Notes: generated by a model from the sequence alone, not told the origin. A stretch of 64,000 nt of DNA from an uncultured Pseudomonadales bacterium (GCA_951813515.1 OX638346.1:735617-799616); one strand, 5' to 3'; counted from the first letter of the stretch, positions 18,304-28,376 are shown. Numbers and translations are program-made.

Positions 18304-21300
18304 TCATCCGCTCTCCGCCGGCTGCGTTTCGGGGCGGGTCAGGTAGCCCGGCCCCACCAGCGTCTGCCACGCCACGCGTACCCAACGGACCAGCGCGAAC
18401 GCAAGCCACAGGGACCAGGCCCACATGGCCACCCGGTAAACCCAGGTCGGTAGCGAGACCACCCAGGCAGTGGGCATTATTTCGGCGCTGTGGTCCGCAT
18501 ACCACCGATAGGTCGACTCGTTAGACCCATAGCCCGTGACCTGCATTTCCGGCTGGCCCAGCAGTGCGGCCGGTATCGACCAGACGAGGGCGCCGAGCGC
18601 CACGAGGCCGGCGATAGTGAGTACGACCTGTACAAGTCCGTATGCCGTGTCATTCAGCGACTCGAGCGTCTGCCGGGACCGCCACCAGATCACGATGAAC
18701 CAGGCCGCGAGCAGCAACACGCCGGACAGGTTGCACAGCGATAGTCCCACCGACAACAGCAGCGCATCCGTTGTCGTCAGCGGAAAGTTCGGCAGCCTGG
18801 AAAGGGCAAGCGCGACGGCCGCAACCACCGCGACGACGCCCCAGAACAGCGATGCGGCGCCGAGCGTCGGTCCGCCCAGCAGGATGGTCCAGCGGTCGCG
18901 CGGAAACTCGACGCGCATGTCGATGTTGTTTGCCGGGCGAGCCAGCGTGATCTCCGGCGTCTCGAAATAGACGCCCAAATCCTCTCCTCCACGCCAGCCG
19001 ACCTGGTAGCGCACGACGCCCGGAACGATGGGCAACGAGATTTCGCCGGCTTCGGGAAGCGGCTGGCTCTCGCCTTCGATCGCTATGCTCTGAACTTGCG
19101 CGCCAGGTGGAAGCCGAACCGGAAACTCTCCCCCCTGCGTTGCACGCAACGTCAAGACCAAGTCGGCCGTGTAGGCGCGGCTACCGGGGCCCACCGTTGT
19201 CTGGACCGATTCCACCGTCACGGTATCGCCAGCGACAGCCAGTGGTCTTTCGACATGGAGCCGCACCGACTCGCCCGATCTGGGTTGAAAGGTGATCCCC
19301 TGGTGACCGCTGTTGACCGGGGTCAGCCCCTCGTGCCTGAGGTGCCAGAAGTCCGACCCCTGCGCGTTCCATACCTCCCGCCAGCGGTCCACGGACGGCG
19401 CCGTGAGTTCGACCGTGTCGGCCACTTCGTAGCGGCTAAGCCATGCGACGACTGGAGTGCCGGGGCCGAACGGCGCTGTCACGACGCCGTCAGCGACGCG
19501 GAAATCGTCCGACAGCAGGGTTTCGCCCGCAAGCAGCGGCACTTCGACTTCAAACCCGCCCTCAACCGGCGCCAGGCGTCTCACCACGGTGCGGACGGTC
19601 GGTTCGAACTGAAAGCGAAGATTCCGTCGCACCTCCACGTACGGCTGGACCGACGCCGCCACCAGTGCGGCGGACTCGAAGGACGAGGATGGGCCGGAGT
19701 CCGACTCCAGCCGCTCGAGCTGAATATTGTCGCCCGCAAGGGTGCCGTCGGCGATGCCGTAGACGCGCCATCCGTGCGCGTCGGCAGTAACGGAACCGGG
19801 ACGGATGGGGAAGTGGATGTCCAGGCGGCGCAGGTCCGCCACGGCAACCTCCATCCGCACGGAATGCACGCCAGGACCGAGCAGCGCGGCCAAACGCCCT
19901 TGGGCGTCACGCGACAGCGGCACACGGGTCGCCCCAACTGCCACCGAGGAGGGCTGCGCAACACGGTCGCTGAGCGGCAGCGGCACCGCGAAGGCTCCTC
20001 CGACGTGCACGTCCAGCGTCAGTCGAAGCGAATCGCCGTCGACTTCTACCGCTACGCTGCTCACGCTCGCGCAGTCCGGCAGGCACTCGGGTTTCTCCAG
20101 CAGACGTTCTTCCAGCGTATCCAACAGCTCCGCGTCGGGAAGCTGCGCCACCGCATCCGGCGCCAGCATGAAGAGTGCGAGCACTGGGGCCAGGCGCGAA
20201 AGCCAGGGCGGGGATCGCGGAAGGTTTGGTCGCGACAACAGGATGAAGAAGCCGAGAACGAGCAGCGACAGCAACGCTCCTATCGCGCTCAGGAAGCGCG
20301 TTGCGGGAGGCGGCAACAACGCCAGGTCAAGGGGTTCGTCCGCTTCCACCGGGCCGTCCCAGACCAGGCGCGCCACGTTCCACGACCACTGCGGCGAGCC
20401 CGGTCCCGTTTGAATGCGAATGTTGTCCGACTCCTGATCAAATCTCGGCGCGTCGCGATGGGCGGCCGAAACGACGATCTCCTCGACGGGCCCTTCCTGG
20501 ACCTCGGCACGAGTCTCGTGAGAAAGCGAATCCACGGCCATCGGAGCTTCGAATACAGCCGCCGTGTTCCGCGTTGTCCACAATCCTGCCAACCGGCCCG
20601 CGTCCGGCACGGCTTCGAGTTGCGGATAGATCGCCTGGCGCGCGTGGCCGACCGCGAAGTAGATGCAGACCACCGCGACTGGCACGAACGCGATCCAATA
20701 CGTCGCCCGGAAGACTTTAAGCGTCGTCTCGTGACGCACCGCGCCAAGCAGGGCGGCGACTCCGGCGAGCACGAGCCACCCCCAGGTTGGCGCAGGGTTG
20801 TCCTGGTACGACAGCAGCACGGCCAGCGCAACCACCGCCGCCCATGCGGGATTGGCCGCACGCCAGACGAGGATGAGGAGCAGGACCACGATGAATGCGT
20901 CCCACAGGCGCCACTTGTCCAGCCACGCCTCGGGGACCCTGTCGGGGCCGCCGGCCCAAAGCAGGCGCCATCCCGGGGGCAGGTGAAGCAGCGCGTCAAG
21001 CGACGCTGCATCGACGCGCCAGCCGCTCGCCGACAATCGATCCCCCGCCACACTGACCGCCTTGATGTCAGCGGGTCCCGCAGTCAACTCGACGCCCGGC
21101 TCGCCGTCCCCCAGACGAGTCACGAGACGGGGCCGCCCGTTGACGTCGATCCTTCCCGGAACGTAATCCGCCGCGATCCGCGTGTCGCGAGCTACTCTCG
21201 CCGCGATGTTGTCCTCGACGACGAATCCGTTGCCGTCGAAGTCGAGCCAGAGCTTGCGCGATATGTCGAAACGCCCCGGACTGGGATTGACATCGCCGCG

Positions 21301-22308
21301 TTGCTGTTCGACCAGGCGCAACGATTCTCCCGCCGCCAGCGAATAGCCCGGCACATCGGTCCATGGCGCGTCGACCTGCGCGAGATCCACCCCCGCGACG
21401 CCCTCGACGCGAACGATTCGCAGGTGGCGCCTGGCTTCGAATCCCCAGGTTTCCGACGACGGCCAATGTCCCGATGGCTCCGGCATGGAGAAGGCATCGA
21501 GATGCCGCACCGCGCGAGCGTCCAGGGCGATAGTCCACTCCCCACGCTGTACCTGCACGCTCAGGCGACCGTCTTCCTCGATGCGGGCAGGCAGTTGCGG
21601 CTGCAATGCCGTGACGACAAAGTCCGGCGGCAGGGCCACGCCCAGGTCGACGATCCGGCCGTCTCCCCCGACGGAGAGCGAAATCACCGTGGTCAGCTTC
21701 TGCGGCACGTCGTCGACCAGCCGCCTGTAGACGCGGACTTCCAGCGTCTCGCGGCTTTCGTCCTCTTCGACTCTCTCTCCGAGCCACAGGCGATCCCCGT
21801 CCAGGTTTGTCCGGACCGGCTCACCGTTGCGCGAAACGGTGACCAGGCCGATACCCGGCGGAATGTCGACAAACTCCGGTTCGTCGCTCCAGGCGAGGGA
21901 CCCGGTCACGTAATGATGGCCAGCGGGCAGACGCAATCGCGGCAACGGTCCGCCGAGCACCACGGCCGGACGACCATCAACACGGACGTCATTGGGCCAA
22001 CTCTGCCGCGCCGCCGGCAACGGCACATCGGATTGCGCGAACAGCCGCGCTTCCAGCCGGAACACCGCACCATCTTTCCCAACGTCGAGCCCGAGTTCGC
22101 GAATCCAGGTACACCCCGTGCGTTCTCCGTCGGTTGCCGTTATCGGACAGGCTACCTCGGGATGCTCGTGCAGCACCCACTCTCGCCACTCGCGGAGTTC
22201 ATCGGGGACATACAGGTCGGTCGCCGGCTGGCCGAGGGCGCTGGAAGCCCACGCAAGCGCCAGGGCGAAACAGCAGAGGGGCGTGCGCCCCCTGCCGAAT
22301 AGTCTCAT
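18304..22308 (-). CDS. very large multi-pass membrane protein, unknown family
   Basis: 1334 aa. Signal peptide MRLFGRGRTPLCCFALALAWASSALG/QP. Two large soluble regions are each followed by clusters of hydrophobic helices (around residues 470-560, 650-700 and 1130-1320). Amino-acid composition is coding-like, and the opposite-strand ORF is an Arg/Pro-rich shadow. Confidence 0.8.
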   Translation of the reverse strand: MRLFGRGRTPLCCFALALAWASSALGQPATDLYVPDELREWREWVLHEHPEVACPITATDGERTGCTWIRELGLDVGKDGAVFRLEARLFAQSDVPLPAARQSWPNDVRVDGRPAVVLGGPLPRLRLPAGHHYVTGSLAWSDEPEFVDIPPGIGLVTVSRNGEPVRTNLDGDRLWLGERVEEDESRETLEVRVYRRLVDDVPQKLTTVISLSVGGDGRIVDLGVALPPDFVVTALQPQLPARIEEDGRLSVQVQRGEWTIALDARAVRHLDAFSMPEPSGHWPSSETWGFEARRHLRIVRVEGVAGVDLAQVDAPWTDVPGYSLAAGESLRLVEQQRGDVNPSPGRFDISRKLWLDFDGNGFVVEDNIAARVARDTRIAADYVPGRIDVNGRPRLVTRLGDGEPGVELTAGPADIKAVSVAGDRLSASGWRVDAASLDALLHLPPGWRLLWAGGPDRVPEAWLDKWRLWDAFIVVLLLILVWRAANPAWAAVVALAVLLSYQDNPAPTWGWLVLAGVAALLGAVRHETTLKVFRATYWIAFVPVAVVCIYFAVGHARQAIYPQLEAVPDAGRLAGLWTTRNTAAVFEAPMAVDSLSHETRAEVQEGPVEEIVVSAAHRDAPRFDQESDNIRIQTGPGSPQWSWNVARLVWDGPVEADEPLDLALLPPPATRFLSAIGALLSLLVLGFFILLSRPNLPRSPPWLSRLAPVLALFMLAPDAVAQLPDAELLDTLEERLLEKPECLPDCASVSSVAVEVDGDSLRLTLDVHVGGAFAVPLPLSDRVAQPSSVAVGATRVPLSRDAQGRLAALLGPGVHSVRMEVAVADLRRLDIHFPIRPGSVTADAHGWRVYGIADGTLAGDNIQLERLESDSGPSSSFESAALVAASVQPYVEVRRNLRFQFEPTVRTVVRRLAPVEGGFEVEVPLLAGETLLSDDFRVADGVVTAPFGPGTPVVAWLSRYEVADTVELTAPSVDRWREVWNAQGSDFWHLRHEGLTPVNSGHQGITFQPRSGESVRLHVERPLAVAGDTVTVESVQTTVGPGSRAYTADLVLTLRATQGGEFPVRLPPGAQVQSIAIEGESQPLPEAGEISLPIVPGVVRYQVGWRGGEDLGVYFETPEITLARPANNIDMRVEFPRDRWTILLGGPTLGAASLFWGVVAVVAAVALALSRLPNFPLTTTDALLLSVGLSLCNLSGVLLLAAWFIVIWWRSRQTLESLNDTAYGLVQVVLTIAGLVALGALVWSIPAALLGQPEMQVTGYGSNESTYRWYADHSAEIMPTAWVVSLPTWVYRVAMWAWSLWLAFALVRWVRVAWQTLVGPGYLTRPETQPAESG

Positions 22309-22405
22309 CTCAACGCCTCGCCAACGTCTTCTTGCGGACTAGAGTACTTCACTCCCGACGCAAGCGCTTCACCCGACGGGAGAGTTTGGCCGCTATGCCA
22401 GGCGA

Positions 22406-24724
22406 CTAGAGATCGGGAATGGCGACTTCGATCACGTCTTCCAGGCGATCGACCAGGGTGATCTCCATGTCCTCGCGGACCGGCTCCGGCAATCTGGAAA
22501 GTTCGGGTTCATTCTCGCGGGGCAGGATGACGTGCCGGATGCCGGTGCGGTGCGCCGCCAGGATCTTTTCGCGCACGCCCCCAACCGGCAGCACCAGGCC
22601 CGAAAGCGTGAGTTCGCCGGTCATGGCGATGTCGTCGCGGACATGCTTGTCGCTGTACGCGGACGCCAGCGCCGTAGCCATCGTGATGCCGGCGGAGGGT
22701 CCATCCTTCGGCACCGCGCCTGCCGGCACGTGGACATGCACGCCGCAATCCTCGATCCGCTTGCGGTCGATGCGGAGCACGTCCGCCGCGGACCAGATGT
22801 AGGACCGCGCCGCCTTGATGGACTCCTGCATGACCTGGCCGAGATGGCCGGTGATCGTGACCTTTTCGTCCTTGTGGGTGAGAGCCGCCTCCACGTAGAG
22901 CACGTCGCCACCGGACTCGGTCCAGGCAAGACCGGGAGCAACGCCGGCGGACAGGTTCTCGCGCCCCTTCTCCGACTTGAACTTGGGGGGTCCGAGCAAG
23001 TCGTTCAACTGGTCCTCGATCACGTGCGTGCGGGCGTTTTCCTGCACGACTTCCCTCGCCTTCTTGCGGGCGATGCGCCCAACGGTGCGCTCCAGTTCCC
23101 GCACACCGGCTTCGCGGGTATACCGGCGAATGATCGACTGCAACGCTTCCTCGTCGAAAACGAAGTCTTCCTCCTTGAGGCCCGCGTTTTCCCGTTGGCG
23201 CGGAATCAGGTAACGGTTCGCAATTTCCTTCTTTTCCTGCTCGCTGTAGCCGGTAAGTTCCAGCACTTCCATGCGATCGAGCAACGGGCGCGGAATGCCC
23301 TCCAGGGTATTCCCCGTGGTGATGAAGAAGACCTTCGAGAGGTCGAACGCGAGATTCAGGTAGTTGTCCCGGAACTCCCTGTTCTGCGCCGGGTCGAGGA
23401 TCTCCATCAGCGCCGCCGCCGGATCGCCCCGGAAATCGCGCCCGAGCTTGTCGATTTCATCCAGCATCAGGACCGGGTTGCGCACGCCCGCCCGCCGCAC
23501 GGACTGCAGGATCCGCCCGGGCATCGCGCCGATGTACGTGCGCCGGTGGCCGCGAAGTTCCGCCTCGTCGTGCAGGCCGCCCAGGCTCATGCGCTCGAAC
23601 TTTCGGCCCATCGCCCGGGCGATGGATTGACCCAGCGATGTCTTGCCTACGCCGGGCGGGCCGACGAAACAGAGGATCGAGGCCTTGGCGTCCGGGTTGA
23701 GCTGCAGTACGGCAAGCGATTCCAGGATGCGTTCCTTGACGTCCTCGAGCCCGTAGTGGTCTTCGTCCAGGACCTTTTGCGCATGGTTCAGGTCGAGGGT
23801 GTCCTCGGTAATGACGTTCCAGGGCAGTTCGGCGACAAGTTCGAGATAGCTGCGCGCCACCTGGTAGTCCGCTGCGTTCGGCGACATCCGGGAGAGGCGC
23901 TTGAGTTCGCGATCCACCTCCTTCTGCGCCGCCTCCGGCAGGTTGGACTGGCTCAGTTGTTCCTTGATCTCCGCGATGTCGTCGTCGCCCTCGCTCTCGC
24001 CGAGCGCCTGCTCGATGGCCCGCTTCTGTTGTCGCAACAGTTGTTCGCGCTGCTGCTTGTCGAGGTCCTCGCGCGTCTGGCTGGCGATTTCCTGGCGCAG
24101 TTCCATCACGGAAGCCTGGTGCGTCAGCTTCGCGAGCATGAGTTCCAGCAGTTCCATGGTGGTCTGCGTCTCAAGGATCTTCTGCTGATCCGGCAGCTCG
24201 ATGCTCTGCTGCGCGAAGCTCGCGATACGGTAAAGCTGCGTGATCGGATTGTCGTTGCCGCCCATGAACTGGGCGAAGACCTGGTCGCCGTTCTGCGAGT
24301 CCAGCAGGTTCGCGATGCGCCGCGCCGCGTCGAACGTTTCCGACAGCAGCGCATCCACGCGGGCATCGTTGCCGCTACCGGAGGCTGAAAGCGCCGGAAG
24401 TTCCTCGTATCCCAGCTCGAGATAGTCCGTTCCCGGCCCCTGCTCCCCGAGGCGAACCCGGACCAGTCCCTGCACCACGACCACCGCGCCGCCGTCGCCC
24501 TGCTCCACGCGGGTGATCTTGCAGATCGTTCCGACTTCGTGCAGATCGTCGATGGACGGTTCGTTGGTGTCCGGTTCGCGCTGCAGCACTGTGATCAGCC
24601 GGTGATCGCCATCGAGCGCCGCTTTCAGAGCACTTAGGGATTGCGCCCTTCCCACCTTGATCGAAACAAACAGTTCCGGAAAGACGAGGGTGTCGCGCAA
24701 CGGCAGCAGGGGTAGCAGTTTCAC
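22406..24724 (-). CDS. lon: ATP-dependent protease Lon (LonA type)
   Basis: Lon N-domain ([23 protein letters not shown]), Walker [16 protein letters not shown], and protease active-site region [15 protein letters not shown]. Confidence 0.95.
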   Translation of the reverse strand: MKLLPLLPLRDTLVFPELFVSIKVGRAQSLSALKAALDGDHRLITVLQREPDTNEPSIDDLHEVGTICKITRVEQGDGGAVVVVQGLVRVRLGEQGPGTDYLELGYEELPALSASGSGNDARVDALLSETFDAARRIANLLDSQNGDQVFAQFMGGNDNPITQLYRIASFAQQSIELPDQQKILETQTTMELLELMLAKLTHQASVMELRQEIASQTREDLDKQQREQLLRQQKRAIEQALGESEGDDDIAEIKEQLSQSNLPEAAQKEVDRELKRLSRMSPNAADYQVARSYLELVAELPWNVITEDTLDLNHAQKVLDEDHYGLEDVKERILESLAVLQLNPDAKASILCFVGPPGVGKTSLGQSIARAMGRKFERMSLGGLHDEAELRGHRRTYIGAMPGRILQSVRRAGVRNPVLMLDEIDKLGRDFRGDPAAALMEILDPAQNREFRDNYLNLAFDLSKVFFITTGNTLEGIPRPLLDRMEVLELTGYSEQEKKEIANRYLIPRQRENAGLKEEDFVFDEEALQSIIRRYTREAGVRELERTVGRIARKKAREVVQENARTHVIEDQLNDLLGPPKFKSEKGRENLSAGVAPGLAWTESGGDVLYVEAALTHKDEKVTITGHLGQVMQESIKAARSYIWSAADVLRIDRKRIEDCGVHVHVPAGAVPKDGPSAGITMATALASAYSDKHVRDDIAMTGELTLSGLVLPVGGVREKILAAHRTGIRHVILPRENEPELSRLPEPVREDMEITLVDRLEDVIEVAIPDL

Positions 24725-24931
24725 GGCAAGACTCTATTGCATTCCATCGGTCTTAATGTGGGCGCATCGGGACTGTATTTCAACTTTGAACCCTGGAACA
24801 ACGACTTTGTTTGCCGACGTGGCGTCCAGCCGAAGTGTAAAGCAATACGAATCCCGCATGGATGCAGCCCCTGTGGTCATGGCGCGAGGCGCTATCATGC
24901 CCTTGGGGGACCACCTAGAGGGAAACGGAAC

Positions 24932-25561
24932 GTGGACTTGCATCGCGCGCAGTTGCGCAACATGGCGGCGCTGCAGGACAGGCACAATCGCCAGGTGCAT
25001 CCCGACTGGCGCAGCCAGGGCTACGAGTACTACCGCGCCGTGTGGATCGAGTGCGCAGAGTTGCTCGACCACATCGGCTGGAAATGGTGGCGCCGGCAAC
25101 AGCCCGATGTCGAGCAGGTCCGTCTCGAGGTGGTCGACATCTGGCATTTCGGCCTTTCGGATCTACTGCGCGCCAACGCCGTGAACGATGCGTTGGCGGA
25201 TCACATGGCTTCCCGCGCCGTCGCTATCGAAGGTGCCGATCTTCGCTGGGCCGTGGAGGCGCTGGCGCTCACGGCGCTCGAACGCAAGGCCTTCGACATC
25301 GACGCCTTCCTCGACGTCATGAACGCGCTGCCCATGGGGCTCGACGAACTGCACGACATCTACGTCGGCAAGAACATCCTGAACGCGTTTCGCCAGGACC
25401 ATGGCTACCGCGACGGCACCTACGTGAAGATATGGAACGGCCGCGAAGACAACGCGCACCTGGCTGAGATCGCCGCCAGCCTCGACATCGCGCGGCCGAG
25501 CTACGCGGACGACCTGTACGCAGCCCTCGAGGCCCGCTATGGGGCGGCGACCAGGGAATGA
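24932..25561 (+). CDS. dimeric all-alpha dUTPase-like nucleotide pyrophosphatase
   Basis: LQDRHNRQVHPDWRSQGYEYYRAVWIECAELLDHIGWKWWRRQQPDVEQVRLEVVDIWHFGLSDLL matches the dUTPase_2 pattern. GTG start at 24932 (an ATG at 24961 is also possible). The track ORF from 24737 is probably too long. Confidence 0.7.
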   Translation: MDLHRAQLRNMAALQDRHNRQVHPDWRSQGYEYYRAVWIECAELLDHIGWKWWRRQQPDVEQVRLEVVDIWHFGLSDLLRANAVNDALADHMASRAVAIEGADLRWAVEALALTALERKAFDIDAFLDVMNALPMGLDELHDIYVGKNILNAFRQDHGYRDGTYVKIWNGREDNAHLAEIAASLDIARPSYADDLYAALEARYGAATRE

Positions 25562-25642
25562 GCTGACTACAGACATTCCGGGCATCTCATCCGACTGTCG
25601 CGCGGCAGCCCGGTCGGTTCCGAACATCGGCGCGGCCGGCAG

Positions 25643-25960
25643 TCACGAGTCTGCTGCCGATTCCTCCAGGATCTGTACACACAACTCGACACATTCGTTG
25701 CAGATGAAAGCGGCAGGACCCGCGATGAGCTTGGGCACTTCGTGGCACGACTTGTGGCAGAAGGAACAACGCAGCGGTTCGTCGACGGGGCCACTCGCCG
25801 GTGGTTCCGACTCCGAATCGGGATCAAGCACTATTGGTTCCGCAGCAAGGTCCGGTCGAGCCTTCAGCAGGCGCTTGGTCAGTCGCTTGATTCGGCGCAT
25901 CGCCGGGGATTCGAGGCTGAAGCTCCCGAACAACGCCTTCGGTTCGCGATCAGTGGCCAT
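25643..25960 (-). CDS. stand-alone ClpX-type C4 zinc-finger protein
   Basis: 105 aa. The C-terminal [38 protein letters not shown] is the ClpX N-terminal zinc-binding domain signature (CxxC...CxxC). There is no AAA+ module. Confidence 0.75.
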   Translation of the reverse strand: MATDREPKALFGSFSLESPAMRRIKRLTKRLLKARPDLAAEPIVLDPDSESEPPASGPVDEPLRCSFCHKSCHEVPKLIAGPAAFICNECVELCVQILEESAADS

Positions 25961-26074
25961 GGTGACCTCCTTTCATTCCCGTCCAGTATCCACGCCCTTG
26001 GACTGAAAATGAGTTCCGCCGTCGCCATCTTCCAAACGGTAGGCGGCGGAGACCCGGACAGCGGCTGGAGAAGT

Positions 26075-26638
26075 TCAGGCGTCTTTCAGCGCGGTGACGA
26101 ACGCTTCATGTTCGCCAGTCGCCATCGCTTCGCGCAGGGCCGCCTCCACGGTCGGGAAGTCACCGGCGAGCAGCGCGTCGATGGAGAGCGCGAGGCCCGG
26201 AAAGACCTTGCTGCGCGTCACGCCGTCGGCGTCCACCTGCAACGGCTGATATGCATCGTCGGCAAGTTCGAACCAGTCGATGCGTTGATCCACGGTGCGC
26301 CACACAGTGTACTCGCGCACCCCGTTGCGCTGATAGACGCGCAGCTTGTCGTGCAAGTCGTACGACGCGCTGCTCGCGGCCACTTCGGCGATGAGCTCCG
26401 GCGCACCCTCGATGTAGCCGTCCTCGTCCCGGCGCGACTGCCCCCCCGGATCCACGCGCAGCAGCGCATCCGGCTGCGGCTCGTTGTGCAGGTCGAGGCG
26501 CACCGTGGCGTTGTCGGACAGCCGGACACCCGCGGTGCCGATAGCGTACAGCCCCAGCCAGAGAATCAGCTTGGCGTGAGGCTCGGCGTGCAAGTCATCC
26601 CGCACGGGCGATCCCATGAACACCACTCCCTCGATCAA
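26075..26638 (-). CDS. Uma2 family endonuclease (ORF as tracked; N-terminal part displaced by a frameshift)
   Basis: LHAEPHAKLILWLGLY...EPQPDALLRVDP...YIEGAPELIAEVAASSASYDLHDKLRVYQRNGVREYTVW is typical of Uma2/DUF820. The same frame continues upstream without a start codon as ...PPPILESGDRLTRCEFERRYACLPHVKKAELIEGVVFM. Confidence 0.8.
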   Translation of the reverse strand: MIEGVVFMGSPVRDDLHAEPHAKLILWLGLYAIGTAGVRLSDNATVRLDLHNEPQPDALLRVDPGGQSRRDEDGYIEGAPELIAEVAASSASYDLHDKLRVYQRNGVREYTVWRTVDQRIDWFELADDAYQPLQVDADGVTRSKVFPGLALSIDALLAGDFPTVEAALREAMATGEHEAFVTALKDA

Positions 26639-26719
26639 TTCGGCCTTCTTGACATGCGGCAGGCAGGCGTACCGCCGCTCGAACTCGCAGCGCGTCAGCC
26701 GGTCGCCCGACTCAAGAAT

Positions 26720-26728
26720 GGGGGGGGG
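26720..26728. repeat. G9 (C9 on the coding strand) homopolymer inside the Uma2 5' region
   Basis: aatg ggggggggcc reads as nine consecutive G. The frame with the GTG start at 26789 (VTDIPTSEVREALAQDWRETAPP) meets the main Uma2 frame exactly here, and a tract of eight would fuse them. Confidence 0.9.
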
Positions 26729-26888
26729 CCGTCTCTCGCCAATCTTGCGCGAGCGCCTCCCGAACTTCCGATGTTGGGATGTCCGTCACTCAATTCCCTC
26801 AACGACCATCCGCTCCGCCGTGATCAACATCATAGCCGACGGCTTCAGTCTACGCATTTGCCCAGCCACTCGTGTCATGACCCAGCGC

Positions 26889-28376
26889 CTACTTGATCAG
26901 CTTCGTCTCGGGGAACTGGGCAACCCAGCCGAACCAGAAGGCGCGATAGGCGGGGACTCGCTCGAGTCGCACATCTCCGGAAACGAGCGCGTCTTCCGTG
27001 ACTTTCCACGTCTCGCCGCCGTCATCCAGCACCCGGTCGTCGTCCAGCAGCCGCTCGAACCCTCGATCGCCGGAATCGAAGACACGGTTGGCACCCGCCG
27101 ACGTGGTGACGATGGTCAGCGTACGACCTGCCAGCTCTGTTTGAAACACGGGGTGTTTGCGGAGGAACCGGGCGCTGACCGCCAAGGCTTCCTCCTCTCC
27201 TCCGGGCGACGCCGGCGAGAGCAGAATAGCCAGCACTTCATCCTTGTTCTTGAGGCGCCTGTCGCGCTCGGGCACGTCAAACATCAGCGCATCGTTCGAG
27301 AAGTAGTCCCTGTAGGCGCGGCCCTCCCGGTAATCGCGGTCGTGGCCCGTGTCCAGCGACAGGACCGTGGTGTAGGGGTGAGCGGCCTTCCATTCGCCCC
27401 AGCGAGTCGTCACGATCGGGAGGAACTCGAGCTTGAGACCCGAGCCCACCAGTGCACCGATCACCGGCTCTCCAAGCAGCGTGGACCACAGGCTCTTGGT
27501 CTCGTGATCGAACATCAGTTTGTTCGAGCGGTAGAGGAGTCCGCTGGTGCCGAAAGTCCGATGCGCGTTGCCGACAACGCTGCGATACGGAATGGCGGTG
27601 CCGCACAGCGTGCAGTAGACGAGGGTGACCTCGACATCGCCGACCCGGTCCAGCGCCATCTCGTGCCACGCCAGTATCCGCTTCGGGTAGGCACGGGCTT
27701 CGCCGTTGATCGACAGCCCGAAGACGACGTGCCTGTCCCGGAGGTAGCCGGCCTGGTCGGCAGGGATGTACTCCGGGTGATCCAGCGGTGGGATGCCGTT
27801 GACCCTCACCCCGCCCCATTGGACCTCGTCAAGCCGGATCAGGGATCGGGCGCCCTCCGGGAAGAAGCTGCCCATGCGAGGATCGATGAGGCTGTAGACC
27901 GTCCGTTTGAAAGCAAGGTATTCGGGGTGCGGTTCGTAGGGCTGCTGCCAGACCCATTTCATCCATCGCTGCGTGTCTTCCCCAAACGATCGTCCCGTCT
28001 CCCGCCTGAGGAAACGGAACATCTCGGTCCGGGTCTCGGGAAAGGGGGCGACTACAGCCAGTTCGACGATCATTGGCGTATAGGCATCGTTCCAGGATAC
28101 GCCTATGGCATCCAGAATCGGCCGCGCGCTGTCGCCCCATTGGTCGGCCGCCTGCATGAAGAGATCAAGCGGTGGCGCCTGCTTTCTCCAGTCGTCGACC
28201 GACTCGGCGCGGCACTCCGGGACAGGCAGCGCGGCCAGCCCCGCAATCAGCGCCGGGAGACACGCAGCGAACGACCGGATTCCACGACCGAGGGGCCAGG
28301 TCCTGCAACCCGCCTTGATGCGCGTCTCGCGAACTTCCGTTGCGGCGCATACTCCAACGTCGTGAATCTTCGTCAT
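26889..28376 (-). CDS. DUF3179 domain-containing protein
   Basis: GIPPLDHPEYIPADQAGYLRDRHVVFGLSINGEARAYPKRILAWHEMALDRVGDVEVTLVYCTLCGTAIPYRS...GTSGLLYRSNKLMFDHETKSLWS. Start taken at MTKIHD (the track ORF reaches 28463). Confidence 0.75.
   Translation of the reverse strand: MTKIHDVGVCAATEVRETRIKAGCRTWPLGRGIRSFAACLPALIAGLAALPVPECRAESVDDWRKQAPPLDLFMQAADQWGDSARPILDAIGVSWNDAYTPMIVELAVVAPFPETRTEMFRFLRRETGRSFGEDTQRWMKWVWQQPYEPHPEYLAFKRTVYSLIDPRMGSFFPEGARSLIRLDEVQWGGVRVNGIPPLDHPEYIPADQAGYLRDRHVVFGLSINGEARAYPKRILAWHEMALDRVGDVEVTLVYCTLCGTAIPYRSVVGNAHRTFGTSGLLYRSNKLMFDHETKSLWSTLLGEPVIGALVGSGLKLEFLPIVTTRWGEWKAAHPYTTVLSLDTGHDRDYREGRAYRDYFSNDALMFDVPERDRRLKNKDEVLAILLSPASPGGEEEALAVSARFLRKHPVFQTELAGRTLTIVTTSAGANRVFDSGDRGFERLLDDDRVLDDGGETWKVTEDALVSGDVRLERVPAYRAFWFGWVAQFPETKLIK

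Noticed and set aside
19096-22302. 1068-aa plus-strand ORF
   Set aside because: It lies entirely antisense to the 1334-aa membrane protein gene. The product is extremely Arg/Pro/Gly/His-rich with no hydrophobic-core pattern, which is typical of a shadow ORF in GC-rich DNA.
22309-22405. Hairpin CTCCCG...CGGGAG after lon as a terminator
   Set aside because: The stem is short, the loop is about 19 nt, and no T-run follows on the minus strand. This is not convincing, so lon and the large gene may be co-transcribed.
22532-24388. 618-aa plus-strand ORF
   Set aside because: It is antisense to lon, which has unambiguous Walker and protease motifs. The composition is that of a shadow ORF.
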